From: the human T2T-CHM13v2.0 reference genome, Homo sapiens
Assembly (NCBI RefSeq): GCF_009914755.1
Contig: NC_060936.1
Length of the DNA: 64,000 bases
Direction: 5' to 3' (one strand)
Shown here: positions 47,366 to 61,924 of the stretch, in pieces
Numbering within the stretch: position 1 is the first letter of the stretch
Layout: each line of letters opens with the position of its first letter
Notes under the pieces: generated by a model
Told to the model about the DNA's origin: nothing
The model's input: only the letters and a program-made list of their open reading frames with translations
The model's database searches: none
Position numbers and translations under genes: made by a program

Positions 47366-49228
47366 TGCTTCCCCTGGCCCCAGCAGATGTTCTTCTCACT
47401 GTTCTCAGGCTCTGACCCCTGAGCTGGGCCTCCCTCCTGTGAGTCTGCCTTCCTCATCCCGCTGGTGCTTGGTCCCCCACAGCAGGCTGCTGCCTACACA
47501 AATCTCCCTGTTACCTTAGTGTGGGGCTGTGGACCTCTGTGCCCGGCCGCCTCGCCTCCCTCTGCAGGTGGATACCCTCCTTACCCTGCTTGCGCTTCCA
47601 CTCCCTATGTCTTGCTCCCGCTTTGTGCAGATCCCCTCCTTGTTCTGATTGGACTCTGGGCTACCCCATTCTGTTTGGCCCACTCTGGGCCATAGTGGTG
47701 CCCCCATTTCAACCCGGCTTGAATGACTACGTTGTTCACCTCCTCTTCAGTGCCCCACCCCAACGGTTTAGGACAATCGTTTGGGAAGGGGAAGGGGGCC
47801 AGAATAATTTGTTTTTTTTAATTTTTAAAATGTAAATATATAAGAATATTTTAAAAACCTTTATGTGGAGTGCCTGCTGTTCCTGGCACTTGTTACTTGC
47901 TGCTCATGGTCATGGCAGGGATGCCAAGGTGAGCCTGACTTGGTCTCTGCTTTCCCAGAGCTCACAGGCAACTAAGGGAGATGTTTATGTAAATCACCAC
48001 ATACGGCATGTTAAAACTGACAACAGGAACGTGGTGGGATTGGAAGGATAAAGACGAATTCACAGACAGTCCAGGGAGGGTTTTTTTGGAGAGGATGTTT
48101 CTGACGGAGTAGTTTCTACAAAGGGACTAGCAAAAGCAGCCTGGCATGTTTCATTAACTATAGGAACTCAATTTTCAGGTATCTAGTGTAATCTTCTCAT
48201 TATACTATAATGGCTAAGAGTAATGTTTTCATGAAGAAAGAAAAAAAATCCTTCATAGCCTATGTGTGAAATACATACACAGAGTCAATAATTATGTACA
48301 TTTTAGATTTTAACTGGGGCATCCTTTTGTGAATGCTAACTACTTTGATTTTACCTTAGAAGTCTTTTACTTTTTGCTTGTAAGCATAAATGATGAGGCT
48401 GTCTTTTATTATTGTGATACTATTTGATAAATAGAAAAACTATAAAGTAATAATTTGGGTTTGTTGTATAATTAAATAATTAAAAGTCCTCTGCGGTGCC
48501 TGCTAAGTTAAAAAACATTTTTTTTTTTTTAAAAAGCATCTAAGCCCGGTGGATTTTGATTATTAGGAAGGAAGAAAAACTTCAAGCACTTATTTAAAAT
48601 GGGATGCTTCTGCCAGGAAAGAAAGACTAGTAAATGAGACAGCAGACAGAGCCCTTGAGGATGCGATTTAAACATGTCACCAGAAATTGTTTAAGTGGAG
48701 AGCTCTGGCCCTTTTAAAACACTGTCTGTCACTTGAGGATTGGGTCACCTTGAAATGTGTTCATCTTTTGAGTTAAAGGCATAAAAAGGCACTTTGAAAT
48801 TTTTCAGTTAACTTTGATGTGTGTTGTGTATGTGTCTACGAATGTACTTCTCCTCAGCCTGCCTCAGCTGTAACAGTGAGTTCCCTAGAAACCAAAGTGG
48901 TTGCAAGGGAAGGATAAATGTTTAATCTTGGCTCCAGCAAACTCTACAGATTTTTTAAATGTTGAGACACTCTGGCTGCAACTTCTGGCTCTCTGTATAG
49001 TCAGGCCTTCCTCCCGCAAAGCAAAGTCTAAGACAAGAGTAGCTGCTGGTAGTTATTTCCTAAAAAGGTGCCACTTAACTGGTGTCTTTGTTCTTTTGGA
49101 AGGTGGTTAATGATGCTAAGGTCTTTAAAGTCTGGAAAAATATCCAGATTAACTGCTCTCATAATCCAGATTCAGATAAGGTTTTCAACTGTCCGCCTAA
49201 TGGACTGCCCCACAGCCTGAGAAAGAAA

Positions 49229-49303
49229 TGTGTGTGTGTGTGTGTGTGTGTGTCTGTGTGTGTGTGAGAGAGAAAGAGAGAGAGAGGGAGGGAGGGAGAG
49301 AGA
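49229..49303. repeat. Compound microsatellite (TG)n-(GA)n-(GGGA)n
   Basis: Seen directly in sequence. Confidence 0.95.
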
Positions 49304-49808
49304 CAGAAAAGGGATTTCATTCAAATGTCTAAAATTTGACATTGAACTAGGTATCTGGCCTGCTGAAGGTATAGAGACTCCTTATCTGTGATGTAGAGAT
49401 TCTTGAATAAACATTACCTCTTATGAATATTTCAGATACTCTTTTCTAGGAAAATAATAGTGTCCACACTTATAAGGCTACCTCTTTTTGTTGTTGTTTT
49501 TCATGTCATGGAATTTCCTAGCAGAAAGGCATGTTTGTTATCAGTCCAACCCCCTTCTGTTGTGGGTAAGAAAACTGAGACCTAGGGAAGTTAAGCCTGT
49601 AGTCACATGGCTGGTTAGAGGTAGTCCTGGAATGGAAATTCAGGCTCTGTCTATGCTGGTTTAGTCTAGCACGTTGCGTTACCTTCTTTTCCACTAGTTT
49701 ACCATGAGCTTGGCTGGGCTCTGACCCTGCCTTAGAATCACCTAAGACGCTTGTTAAAAAACACAGATTCCTGAGCCCCACAATAGCTTTAATTATTTGT
49801 ATTATGGA

Positions 49809-50119
49809 AGCTGGGCGTGGTGGCTCATGCCTGTAATCCCAGCACTTTGGGAGGCTGAGGCGGGCGGATCATGAGATGAAGAGATTGAGACCATCCTGGC
49901 CAACATGGTGAAAGCGCGTCTCTACTAAAAGTATAAAAATTAGCTGGGCGTGGTGGCACATGCCTGTAACAGTTCCAGCTACTCGCGAGGCTGAGGCAGG
50001 AGAATTGCTTGAACCCAGGAGGCGAGGTTGCAGTGAGCCGAGATTGCGCCACTACACTCCATCCTGGTGATACATCCGGAGCGAGACTCCGTCTCAAAAA
50101 TACCCCCCCCAAAAATACC
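49809..50119 (+). mobile_element. AluSc-like inserted in a MER5A-like element
   Basis: Full dimer; 17-bp TSD AATTATTTGTATTATGG; C-rich mutated tail. Confidence 0.9.
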
Positions 50120-50870
50120 AAATTATTTGTATTATGGGGAGAAAGCCCATGAGTCTGCATTTTTATAAGATTCCCAGATAGCTCTTATGAATGAATACTG
50201 CAGGGGCAGAACCATGCAGTAAGCTGTGGAGTAGACCCAGGTTCAGATTCAGAGAATCTTTAATTACGAGCTATTGTTTTTTTGATAAATCTTATGTCAT
50301 TTTTACCTTAATCTTATTATCTTTATATATCATATATTTTACACTGATAAGCAAAGTTTCTCTAAGCAAATATGGAAAGAAATAAGCCTTTTTATTTGAT
50401 TGAGATAAGTGAAGAAATGTGTTAAAGTGAATGTGAAGGCATGTTGGAAACATCGGGGTGACGTAGTGAAGTAAGTGCATATATCTGAAAAGTGCACTGT
50501 GTCTGAAAAGGGACATACTTTATTCAAATGATGCCAGTGGTTAGTGGAAGGATATAATCAGTGTTCTTGATGATTTTGGAAATTGACATAAGGATATCTT
50601 CTCTGTGGTCTCAGAGACTGGAGGAGATAGACCTCTAATCCCATTAGCTGAAGATGTGAGATTAACCAGAAAGAGTAATTCCGTTAATTTTCTGGTAGAA
50701 AAAAACATATTCATGTTTCCTTGAGATTATGGATTAAGTTTGTATTTTGGACTCAGGGAAGAAAGTAGGTTGTAACAATTCCTATTGTATTTGGTGAAGG
50801 AGCTCAAGATCTGTATATTGTGGTATTTTGAGGGAGATTATTTTTTCTTCAGTAAGTAGCAAGAAACTTA

Positions 50871-51231
<361 letters not shown>

Positions 51232-52097
51232 TTAGTTTTGTGTCTTTATAAGCAGAGTTTTCCTTTTTTAACTTTTGACTTCTTAGGAGGCAATCATTAT
51301 TATAATCTCAAAGTCATTCATTCAGCATGTGTATGTTGAGTACTGTGAACTCATCACTGTCCATGTCTTTGTGAAAGCTATAAGAGCAATAGAACTTAGG
51401 AGCCCTGCCCTTGAGAAGCTTACCTTCATCAAATTTTAAAATATCCCCGGGGAAGTACGCTGCCTTATTCTTGTCAAGGAAAGCAAACTGTGGCCATCAT
51501 CAGGATATGCACTTGCCCTGTTTGAAATGATTAGCCAGTCAACATTGTATTATTAACCTTTAGATAATCATTTAAAAATGCTGTGGGAAATCTCTTGAGC
51601 TAGGCAAAGATCTCATATGGATTTTTATTAGTGAAAACATTTCCATAGATCTGTCTCCAGCAAGAAAAAAATCATAATTTCAGTCTGCAGATGAATGCTA
51701 TATTTGACTGAGTGTTGCATTAAACTACTAATATAGAGAAATTTTGGGACACAGTGATTAGCATGTAGAGTCTAGAAAATAGGCATTGATGCTGATAATA
51801 CTGAAGACCGTCTGAAAGAAAAGCATCCTAGAGAAAGTTCAGTTGTTTTGGTGCTTGACAGTAGTTGTTTTTACAGGCCAAGTTGAAATTAGGTATCCTG
51901 TGGAAAGAATGTCAGGGAATGTGTACCTGCCCATTTGTGCTTCATTGAATGCACTGTGGTTTATCTGGGAAGGATACAGGATTGGGACCCAGGCACTTTA
52001 GTTGTAGACCTGATAGCATCTAGCTGTGGAACCTTGCGGGGTGGGGAGGGGCTTCAGTACATTGGCTTGTACTTTCCAAGTCTGTAAAACAGACACA

Positions 52098-52575
<478 letters not shown>

Positions 52576-53400
52576 TGTTTTTGCTTTTAAAAAACAGACA
52601 CAGATTTCTGAAAACCCTTCTGGTTCTGAACTTCATTGAGTCTTCTGATCATTCCTTAAAATGACCATTTGGTGGAATTGTAGGTCTAGAATGTTCCCTG
52701 TGCTTGCAGTTCAGACCTTTTCCTTCCTTCTCTGGCCAGCATAATCTTCTCTGGCTTTCAAGGCTCTGAATTCCAGTGATCAGTTTACATTTTCAGCCCT
52801 ATCTCTGATGACTAGACACATTATATTTTCTCTTTCTCTAGATCTTAAGTCAAGGTCTCATGAATGTATACCTTGACTTAAAAATTCTTATGTGAACAGA
52901 GCCTTTTATTTTGTATTCATTCCTCTGCATGGCAGAATATTGGTTATAGTCTTCCTTTTTTTTTTTTTTCATAAAAATATCTTGTGAATTCATCTCTTCC
53001 TCTCTTCTATTCCCTAGGCTTGGCTCATTCTATCACACATCTGAATCACAATGGTGGCTTCATAGCTGGTTTCTTTACCTCTGGGCTTTCTCATCTGCCC
53101 CTGGAAAATCCATATTTGGTTAAACTTTTTCTTGTTGTTTTTTCAAATAGAACACATTTATTCATCTCCAATTTGCTTTTCTGATTATTTGGTTTCTTCA
53201 GAATGTTCTTTCATTTCATGAAAAGTATATAATCTTAAACAAATTACTGTATTCTCAGTCTTTAGTTGAAGAAAATAATTGAGTTAGTGAGTAACAGCCA
53301 AATAATTCTATCCAGAAATATTTGAATGATGTTAGCCAGGTAAGAATTCTAAAGACTGAAAATAGAGTTGTCTATAAAATTCTATTAAAATTATATATGT

Positions 53401-53660
53401 GGTTGGGTTAGGTGGCTTATGCCTGTAATCCTAACTCTTTGGGATGCTGCAGTGGGAGGATCGCTTGAGCCCAGGAGTTTGAGATTAGCCTGGGCAATAT
53501 AGCAGACTCCAACAAAAAGTTTCAAAATTAGCTGGGTGTGGTGGTATGCCGCTATGGTCACAGCTACCTTGGAAACTGAGGCGGGACAAGGTTACAGTGA
53601 TGATCATACTGCTGTACTGTAGCCTGGGTGACAGAGCAATACCCTGTTTCTAAAATTAAA
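53401..53660 (+). mobile_element. AluJ (deleted)
   Basis: Diverged dimer. Confidence 0.85.
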
Positions 53661-55055
53661 ATGTATATATATAAAAGTTAAATAATTGAACTCAGTAAAT
53701 ATATTTTTCACTGTAGAGATTACAAATACAATATTCTAGAAATAACTTGGGTTTTTGAATTATAGAGATCTGTGTTTCCATCTTAGCCCTGACAAGTATG
53801 GTGTGACCTTGAACAAGTAATTTAATATCTGAGCTTCAGCTGTTTCCTTATCTGTAAAATGGACCTAATGGCTACCTGGTAGAGTTAGTGAGACTATTAA
53901 GTGAGATATATAATTAAATTACCTTTAACTTGATGAGTGATCAATAAATGGTAGCCATTATTGTAATTCCAATCGATCCTATATTGTGAAAATACTTGGC
54001 TTTCACCATTTCACCTCCTCCCTGAAGGCTTACTTGGTCTCCTCTGCTAGACTTTTCAACACTGATCTGCTAAGATACTTTGCCTTCTTTTATGGTACCT
54101 ACCAATTTCAGCCTTGTGTTTTTATGTTCTAATGCTGCCTTATTAATAGGCTGCTTGAGGGTAGGATCTGTGCTTATCGGGCGTCTGTATCACTTATGTC
54201 ACCTTGAACAGTACTTTTCATAATGTGAAGACTTGTTTTCATCAGTGTTTGTTGAATGAATAAGGAAGCATTGCTCCCCTTGTCTGGGAAGTTAGAATGG
54301 CCTTTTACTGCCTGGTGTACCAAGCCCAGACACTTCATTCTCTCTCTCTTTGAAGATCCTGGGTCATTTGGCCCCATTCCTGTTACCCTCCCACCCCCGA
54401 GCCCCAACCCCTTTGCTGTTGTCAGGCTGTCTTGGTCTTTGTTCTTTGGGAATGTTGGTCCTGTTTAGAATGCCTCTTGATGTTATCTGCTCTGCTATTG
54501 GAAATTATCCCTAGCCTTGAAGGTGAAGCTTAAATTCCTTCACTTTCATAAACCCTTCTCTTATTCCTCTTGTTCCTTAAGTTTTAATGCTTAATTATTT
54601 TTTTCTCTGTAAATTTTCTTCTTATTATTTTGAACACATGCCCCTTAACACCAAAGACAATAACTAGAACATAAAAAAGGCCTACCTATCTGTAAACTTT
54701 GGAGAACGAATCAATGTGGCAGCTTTACTCTTTTAAGTGTGAAAAAAAAAGATGTTTAAAACTTGAACCATCTGGGAGTGAAATTGTTCTAAAATTAAGT
54801 ATCTTTAAAAAATGTTTTTGCCTAATTGTAAAGGTATACATAGATTACCTTTATAACTTATCTGTAAATTATCAAGGAAATTAAAATTCACAGATTTTCA
54901 AGGAAATCAGAATTGCCTAGTATCATCTCCTGAAGAAGTAGAACTTTGAAGGTTTAGTCCCTGTGGGAGGTGCAGTGCAATGGGGAGAATTTAATCATTT
55001 TTGCTGACTTAGAGGACCTTACAAGCATCAAAGCTGCTGTGTTTTCATGCAGTGA

Positions 55056-55408
<353 letters not shown>

Positions 55409-55449
55409 TGATCAAGTGGCCAGTACTGCTCTTCTTTTCTGAGGCACTG

Positions 55450-55581
55450 TTTTTTTTTTCTTTTCAAGATGAAGTCTTGCTATGTTGCCAAGGCTTGTGT
55501 CAAACTCCTGGCTTCAAGCAGTCCTCCCGCTTCAGCCTCCTCAGTAGCTGGGACAACAGGTGTGTGCCACTGCTCTTGGCT
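55450..55581 (-). mobile_element. FLAM monomer
   Basis: Monomer, antisense. Confidence 0.75.
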
Positions 55582-55709
55582 CACTGAGTGTATTTTGATA
55601 TAAACTTTTCGATTCCTCCCCTGTGATCAGGCTCTCATTCGTCTATCATAGCAATTTCCACTTCAGATATGGTATTTCGAATATGCAGTAGGCAAGAAAC
55701 AAGAGAATT

Positions 55710-56035
<326 letters not shown>

Positions 56036-56570
56036 TTACCAGAATTGTGGGTAAACTAACAGGACGATGGTTCTGAGTGGAGTTCTAGCAGCTTTCAACA
56101 ACTGGAATTCAGCCCTCATGCCTTAGGGCACCCGTTATATGTAACGAATTAACTCTCCAGTGTGTCTAGAAGGATACCAGTTCTTCACTTGGAGAACTGA
56201 GGAAATAGTTGTTCTTGAGTGTTTTTGTTTTGTGGTTCAAATGAGAAACCTTTGTTGGAAAAGGCTGCTGGGGTCCTTCTGAATAGTCAAGTACATAAAC
56301 TATCTGCTATGTCTATCATGCTAACACATGATACTGATCAAGTAGTTACATAATAATATAATTGATTTTGTTAAAGTTGGTTTACTTAAAACATTTTGAA
56401 AGGGAGATGCTCTTCATGAAGATGGTAATACATATAATAAAGATTAATATTTACTGATTACTTAGAACATGCTAGGCTTTTCTAGGTCCCTGCATTGTCT
56501 TCTACTCCTCCCAACAATTTTATTCCGATTTTTATCCTGATTTTACAAATGTGGGAGCTGATATTTTGAG

Positions 56571-56888
56571 AGGTGTTTATTTGGTAAGTCTCATTGGTAC
56601 CATTCTGTGACTATTTTAGATAAATAATCAGAGACAAGTGTTCATACACTATTACTTAAGAACAGTAACGCTTTTTTGTGGTTGCCAAAATAGACATTGG
56701 TTTCAGAATTTAAATATGTAAGTTTTAATAGCAAAATTACTGTTATAATTCTCAGTAGGTCATTTAAAAAATATTTGCTTAAAAAGTTAGGCATCAGGAG
56801 TAATATGAACTCACAAACTTCAGGAAATGAAGTTGTTAACACCCCACATAAGTTCATACAAACTTTTCATAGTTTGTATGAAAAGTAA
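56571..56888 (+). repeat. Copy 1 (derived) of a ~315-bp dispersed local duplication, inserted in a MIR
   Basis: About 96% identical to 59745-60057 (11 substitutions counted by eye plus one complex change); MIR sequence continues on both flanks. Confidence 0.93.
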
Positions 56889-57257
56889 TCAACTTGCCCA
56901 TAGTCATACGGCTAGCAAGAGAATGGTGAGCCAGGAATTAGCTGTAGTGTATGTGGTTCCGGAGATTGCACTCTCAATCTGAAAATTACTTTATATACTT
57001 TTGTATGTTTTATTATTCATATAACCTTCACATTCCATATACAACTAGCTGCTAATTATCTGTCTTTTTTAAAATGCTTTTTTTAAAAATTAGGAATTCA
57101 AAATATAATGAGATTACACGGATGAGATTTAGATTGATATGGCATGGAATAGTGGCTAAAAACCATATAAGGGAAGAAAAAGTAGCAGACGAATTAGAAG
57201 TTAATTTATATTTCTCTTGCTAACTTTTAATGAAACTGTTCTTGGCTCAAAAATAGT

Positions 57258-57535
57258 TAAAACTTTTTAAATTGGAAAATAATAATTGTATCTATTTATG
57301 GGATACAATGTAATATTTTGATACATGTATACAATGTGAAATGATTAAATCAAGCTGATTGACTTCATCACCTCACATACTTAGTTTTTGTGTTGAGAAT
57401 GTCTGAAATTTACTCTCTTAGCCGTTTTGAAACATACATGAGTATTAACTGTAGCTACCATGCTGTGCAGTAGATCTCAAAGACTTACTTTTCTTGTATG
57501 ACTGAAACTTTGTACCCTTTGACCATCATCTCTAA
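57258..57535 (-). mobile_element. L1MA-type 3' end fragment
   Basis: Antisense L1MA 3'UTR motifs (tttatgggatacaatgt, aatgattaaatcaagct, actgaaactttgtaccctttgacc). Confidence 0.8.
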
Positions 57536-59744
57536 TTACCTGCCTTAATTGGAAGACCAAAATGAAGGTAGATATGAAATCTACAGGTAATCTCTAAGTG
57601 TTATTTTAATTAACAAATTTTAAATTTCTTGCTCATTATTCCACTTACAGAGATTTTTGAACAAGAAACAGAAAGGATTACTTTAAATTTCAACTCTTTC
57701 TGTATTTGCATTTTGGACTATATGGTGGACATGCCATGTGCAAATTGTGAGCACAGGAAAAGGCTAAGGGCTGAGATCACCCTGTTTGGACTACTTAACC
57801 CTTGAGTCATTGAGCCAGCTGATGGCAAGGACAGCCCTTATGAAGTAGGGGAGATTTTGCCTGTGGGTGTGTTGGACTCTTATTGCATGCTTTTCCCACC
57901 CCCGAGGTGTCTACTTGGAGAGTTTCCCCTATTAAAAGCTGTCTGGGAGAAGAATAGAAAATTCAGCTCTCACTAAAGTGTGAAAGCCTATTGGTGTAAA
58001 TAGCTTTTTCCTGGGAAAGGTAAGTTTGGTTGGTACCAAGGAATGACCCTTTATATGTGCAGTTTAAAATGTTTAACCAAAGGGAATATTTGGTTGTGGG
58101 GAGCCTTTTGGGTGTCCCTGAAATCTTGCCATTTTGACTTCTGTCCATCATGGTTTTTGTACACTTGACCTTACTTTTCTCAGCCTTCTAGATCTGTAGC
58201 TGTTAAATCCTGTCCTGCAGACGGGAGCAGCGTTCTCTGTGAAAACTGGACAGGAGTCAGCTCCTTTAGAGCACTGGCTCAGCCACGTGACTTCTTCCAC
58301 CAGGGCTTCGGGTTCAGCTGGGTCAGGGGAGCAGAGGCGGGAAGCTTGTGTCCCTGTGGAGCCCCACTAGGGAGAATGTCTCCCAGCAACCAGCATCCAG
58401 GCCACAGTGATCGCAGAGCTAACCCACACTAACTTCTGAGTGGGTACATCTAAGGACTCCCTTTTTAAAGGTGGAATGGGGTACTTTAAAGTTTTTGATG
58501 ACTTGTCAGAGCATTTGAAAGCACTGGGAAAACCAGCCGCCTTGTCAAAACCTGTGTCACTTCTTCCAGAGGAGAAATTGCAGAAAGAGAGCAGGTGCCC
58601 TGGGAAGCAGTGTTTTGAATCAGCACCCAGCAGGTGGTGATTTCCCCTCTAATTCGGTTTTGAACAGATACTCCCAGACAGTGTTGGCAATCACTGTGCT
58701 CCATAATGTAGCGGAGGCTTGTTTGTTTGTTTGTTTTGGGAGACAATATCAGCTCAAGCCCTGTCTGCTTATAGTCACAGTATTTTAGCACATGTTAGAT
58801 GCCTGCTGTTTAAGGGGTACACCTACATTCCAAGCTTCTTCTGTGTGTGTGTCTGTGTGTGCATGTTTAAATATATATTTAAGCACAGAAAAAGGCATTA
58901 CCAGAGATCATGAGACTGTTAAGTAGGGATCTGGAGAGTATTTGATTTTTTTCTGCAAGTCAAAGGTAGTGCAAAGGTACATATACAGTATGTACATATA
59001 CAGTAGCTACACAACAAATCTTTCTTTTTTAAATTTTTCTTTGAAAACTTAGCTCACTTCAGTTTCGAAGGATGACCCTGTATCCCAGTTAGAGAATTTG
59101 GTTATAGAGTTTGAGCCCATCCTGATTAAAATTTTCACAAATAAATATATATGTTGGGATGTTAGTATTTAATTACCTGTAGCTTTTTTGAAAAGAGATT
59201 GGACTTTCAGTGAGACTGACGGGCATTCAAATCCTGGTTCTTCTACCTATAATTTTTGAGTTTTGTAAGTAAAAAATAGTGAATAAAAGCTAGGTCATAG
59301 AGTAACTGTGAAGATTAAATGAGGTATTATTTGTAGAGCAGTTGGCGTGGTGCCTAGAATATAGTGAGCCACAATAAGAATTACAGACCCTTCCCTTTAC
59401 TCAAAATATATTAGGAATGTTGGAAAATTCTGACCTTAAAGCTAAAGAATAATTGTGAACAGGGGTATTTGCTGACTGGAATATAACATGAGGTTGTGAG
59501 GGAAAAAAATTCAAAGAGTGTAGGCAGTTGGAGCCTCAATGTGTGCTAGGATATAATGGAAGTTGAAACTAGACACGTATTCAATACCTTTATGCTGATT
59601 TTCTTTCATATGGAAATGTGATTAAAGGGTAGTTATCAATTGTTTTTTCTTCCTGAGGGAATTTATCCATCCCAAGTTCTTTTATTTTTCAGATTCTTTT
59701 TTGATCAGCATCTTTAAAATTAATCAATAGCCAAATAACAGAGT

Positions 59745-60057
59745 AGGTGTTTATTTGATAAGTCTCATTGGTACCATCCTATGACTATTTTAGATAAATA
59801 ATCATAGACAAGTGTTCATACACTATTACTTAAGAACAGTAACACTTTTTTGTCGTTGCCAAAATAGACATTGGTTTCAGAATTTAAATATATAAGTTTT
59901 AATAGCAAAATTACTGTTATAATTCTCAGTAGGTCATTTAAAAAATATTTGCTTAAAAAATTAGGCATCAGGAATAGTATGAACTCACAAACTTCAGGAA
60001 ATGAAGTTGTTAACACCCCTCATAAGATATGCTTTTCATAGTTTGTATGAAAAGTAA
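59745..60057 (+). repeat. Copy 2 (probable donor) of the ~315-bp dispersed local duplication
   Basis: Direct alignment to 56571-56888; ORF-track entries 56642..56857 and 59816..60016 are near-identical. Confidence 0.93.
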
Positions 60058-60876
60058 ATGTTCCTGGGAGAGGTCTTGTATTACCTTAAATTCATGGTAA
60101 AGTATAAATGACCAAAAATAGATTTTTTCCTGAAATGAGACTTAAGTGGGGTAGTTTGTGGTAAGAGTAGGACATTGAGTACTGAGCTGTGGTAATAGGG
60201 CAGTAAGTTTCAGGAAAAATAGGTACAGATATTGTATAATCTTCAAGTTCCATTAATTGTTTCTTCTTTTTTTGAGAGCTTAATATACTTATTTAAATTT
60301 AAATGAAATAGTTTTCAAATTGTTTTAAGTGTTTTCTATTATGGAGATATAAATAATATTTAGGATATTTTCACAGGATTTATTGTTTGCGGATCTGTTT
60401 TAGCATGCAAGTATTCTTGCAGTCACTCTAACTTGCGTGACTAGCACAACATCCAGCATAAATAGCAGCTTTAGGAATAACATTTTCAGTTGACCGATAG
60501 TATAAATTCAATAAGTAACAGAGCATTATTGGACATTCTAAAATTTTAATTTTGGAAAGTTCTTCATCTAGTAGTTTTCATTGAGAGGAAAGAGTTAAGT
60601 GGATTTTCTCTGAAGCGCTTGGTTCCTAGAATAATTGATTAAATCTTTTCAAAGCACTGAGAGTTGACTCTTTACCCAACAGGGGGCCAAAGTTATCCAG
60701 CTTCTTGATGAATTTCTCTAAGGTGTAATGATTCTCTCTGTAAGTTAGGCACATTTAGGTGCTTGACAAAACTGTCATCAGAAGTTTTCCCAGAGTACAT
60801 TAAGTTGAAAAACTACATGTTTGGAAATCTAAATGTGCTTTATTAAGTCTTTTATGGAGTTATCTTCATGAGAGCA

Positions 60877-61361
60877 TGCTATGGTTTGGATGTGGTTTGT
60901 CTACACTAAAGCTGATGTTCAAATTTGATCCTCAGTGTGGCAGTGTTGGGAGATGGGGCCTAGTGAGAGGTCTTTGGGTCATGTAGGTGGATTTATGTGA
61001 ACAGATTTATGCTCTCTCTGGGGAGGGAGTGGGTGAGTGAGTTCTTGCTCTCTTGGGAATAGATTAATTCTCATGAGAGTGGGTTGTTAAAAATAATCTG
61101 GCTTCCTTGTTTTTTCTTCTGTTGCTTCGTCTCTTGAGGAAGATCTTGTGAGTTTTTTTGCACATACCTGCTACCTTTCACGTGTCCGCTTCCCCTTTGA
61201 CCTTTTGCCATGTTATGACTCAGCAGAAAAGCCCTTACCAAAAGCCAGCACCACACTCTTGAACTTTGCAGCCTACAGAACTGTAAGCCAAATAAACCCC
61301 TTTTCTTTGTAAATTACCCAGTCTCAGTTATTCTTTTATTGCAACACAAAATGGACTAAGA
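60877..61361 (+). mobile_element. MaLR solo LTR (MSTB-like)
   Basis: tgctatggtttggatgt...aaattacccagtctcag...aaaatggactaaga. Confidence 0.85.
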
Positions 61362-61626
61362 GCATATAATAATGTAACCAAGATATTGACAATAACCATC
61401 TTGTGATATGAAAACTTTTGTCTGTTACCAAATTTATCCAAGATGTTAATTTGACTGAAAAGCATGAAAGAGAACTGATTTTTAGATGACAGCTTTCCAA
61501 AGCATTGTTAGTTCAAGGATTAACTCACAACTTTAGGTGTGTAAATATGTGTGTGTGTTTTCCATATTTGACAAGAATGTATGAACCCATATGATACTTT
61601 ACCTTAAAGTTTCACTATAATTTGTT

Positions 61627-61910
61627 GGCTGGACATGGTGGCTCATTCCTGTCTCCCAGCACTTTGGGAGGTCGAGGAGGGAAGATCACTTGAGTCCAGG
61701 AGTTTGAGACTAGTCTGCACAACATGACAAAACCCCATCTCCATAAAAAATACAAAAATTAGCTGGGTGTGGTGGTGCATGCCTGTAGTCCCAGCTACTT
61801 GAGGTGGGAGGATTGCTTGAGCCTGGGAGGAGTGGAGGTTGCAGTGAGCAATGATTGTGCCATTACACTTCAGCCTGAGTAACAGTGAGAACCTGTTTAA
61901 AAAAAAAAAA
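61627..61910 (+). mobile_element. AluJ
   Basis: Diverged dimer; 18-bp TSD AAAGTTTCACTATAATTT. Confidence 0.9.
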
Positions 61911-61924
61911 GTTTCACTATAATT

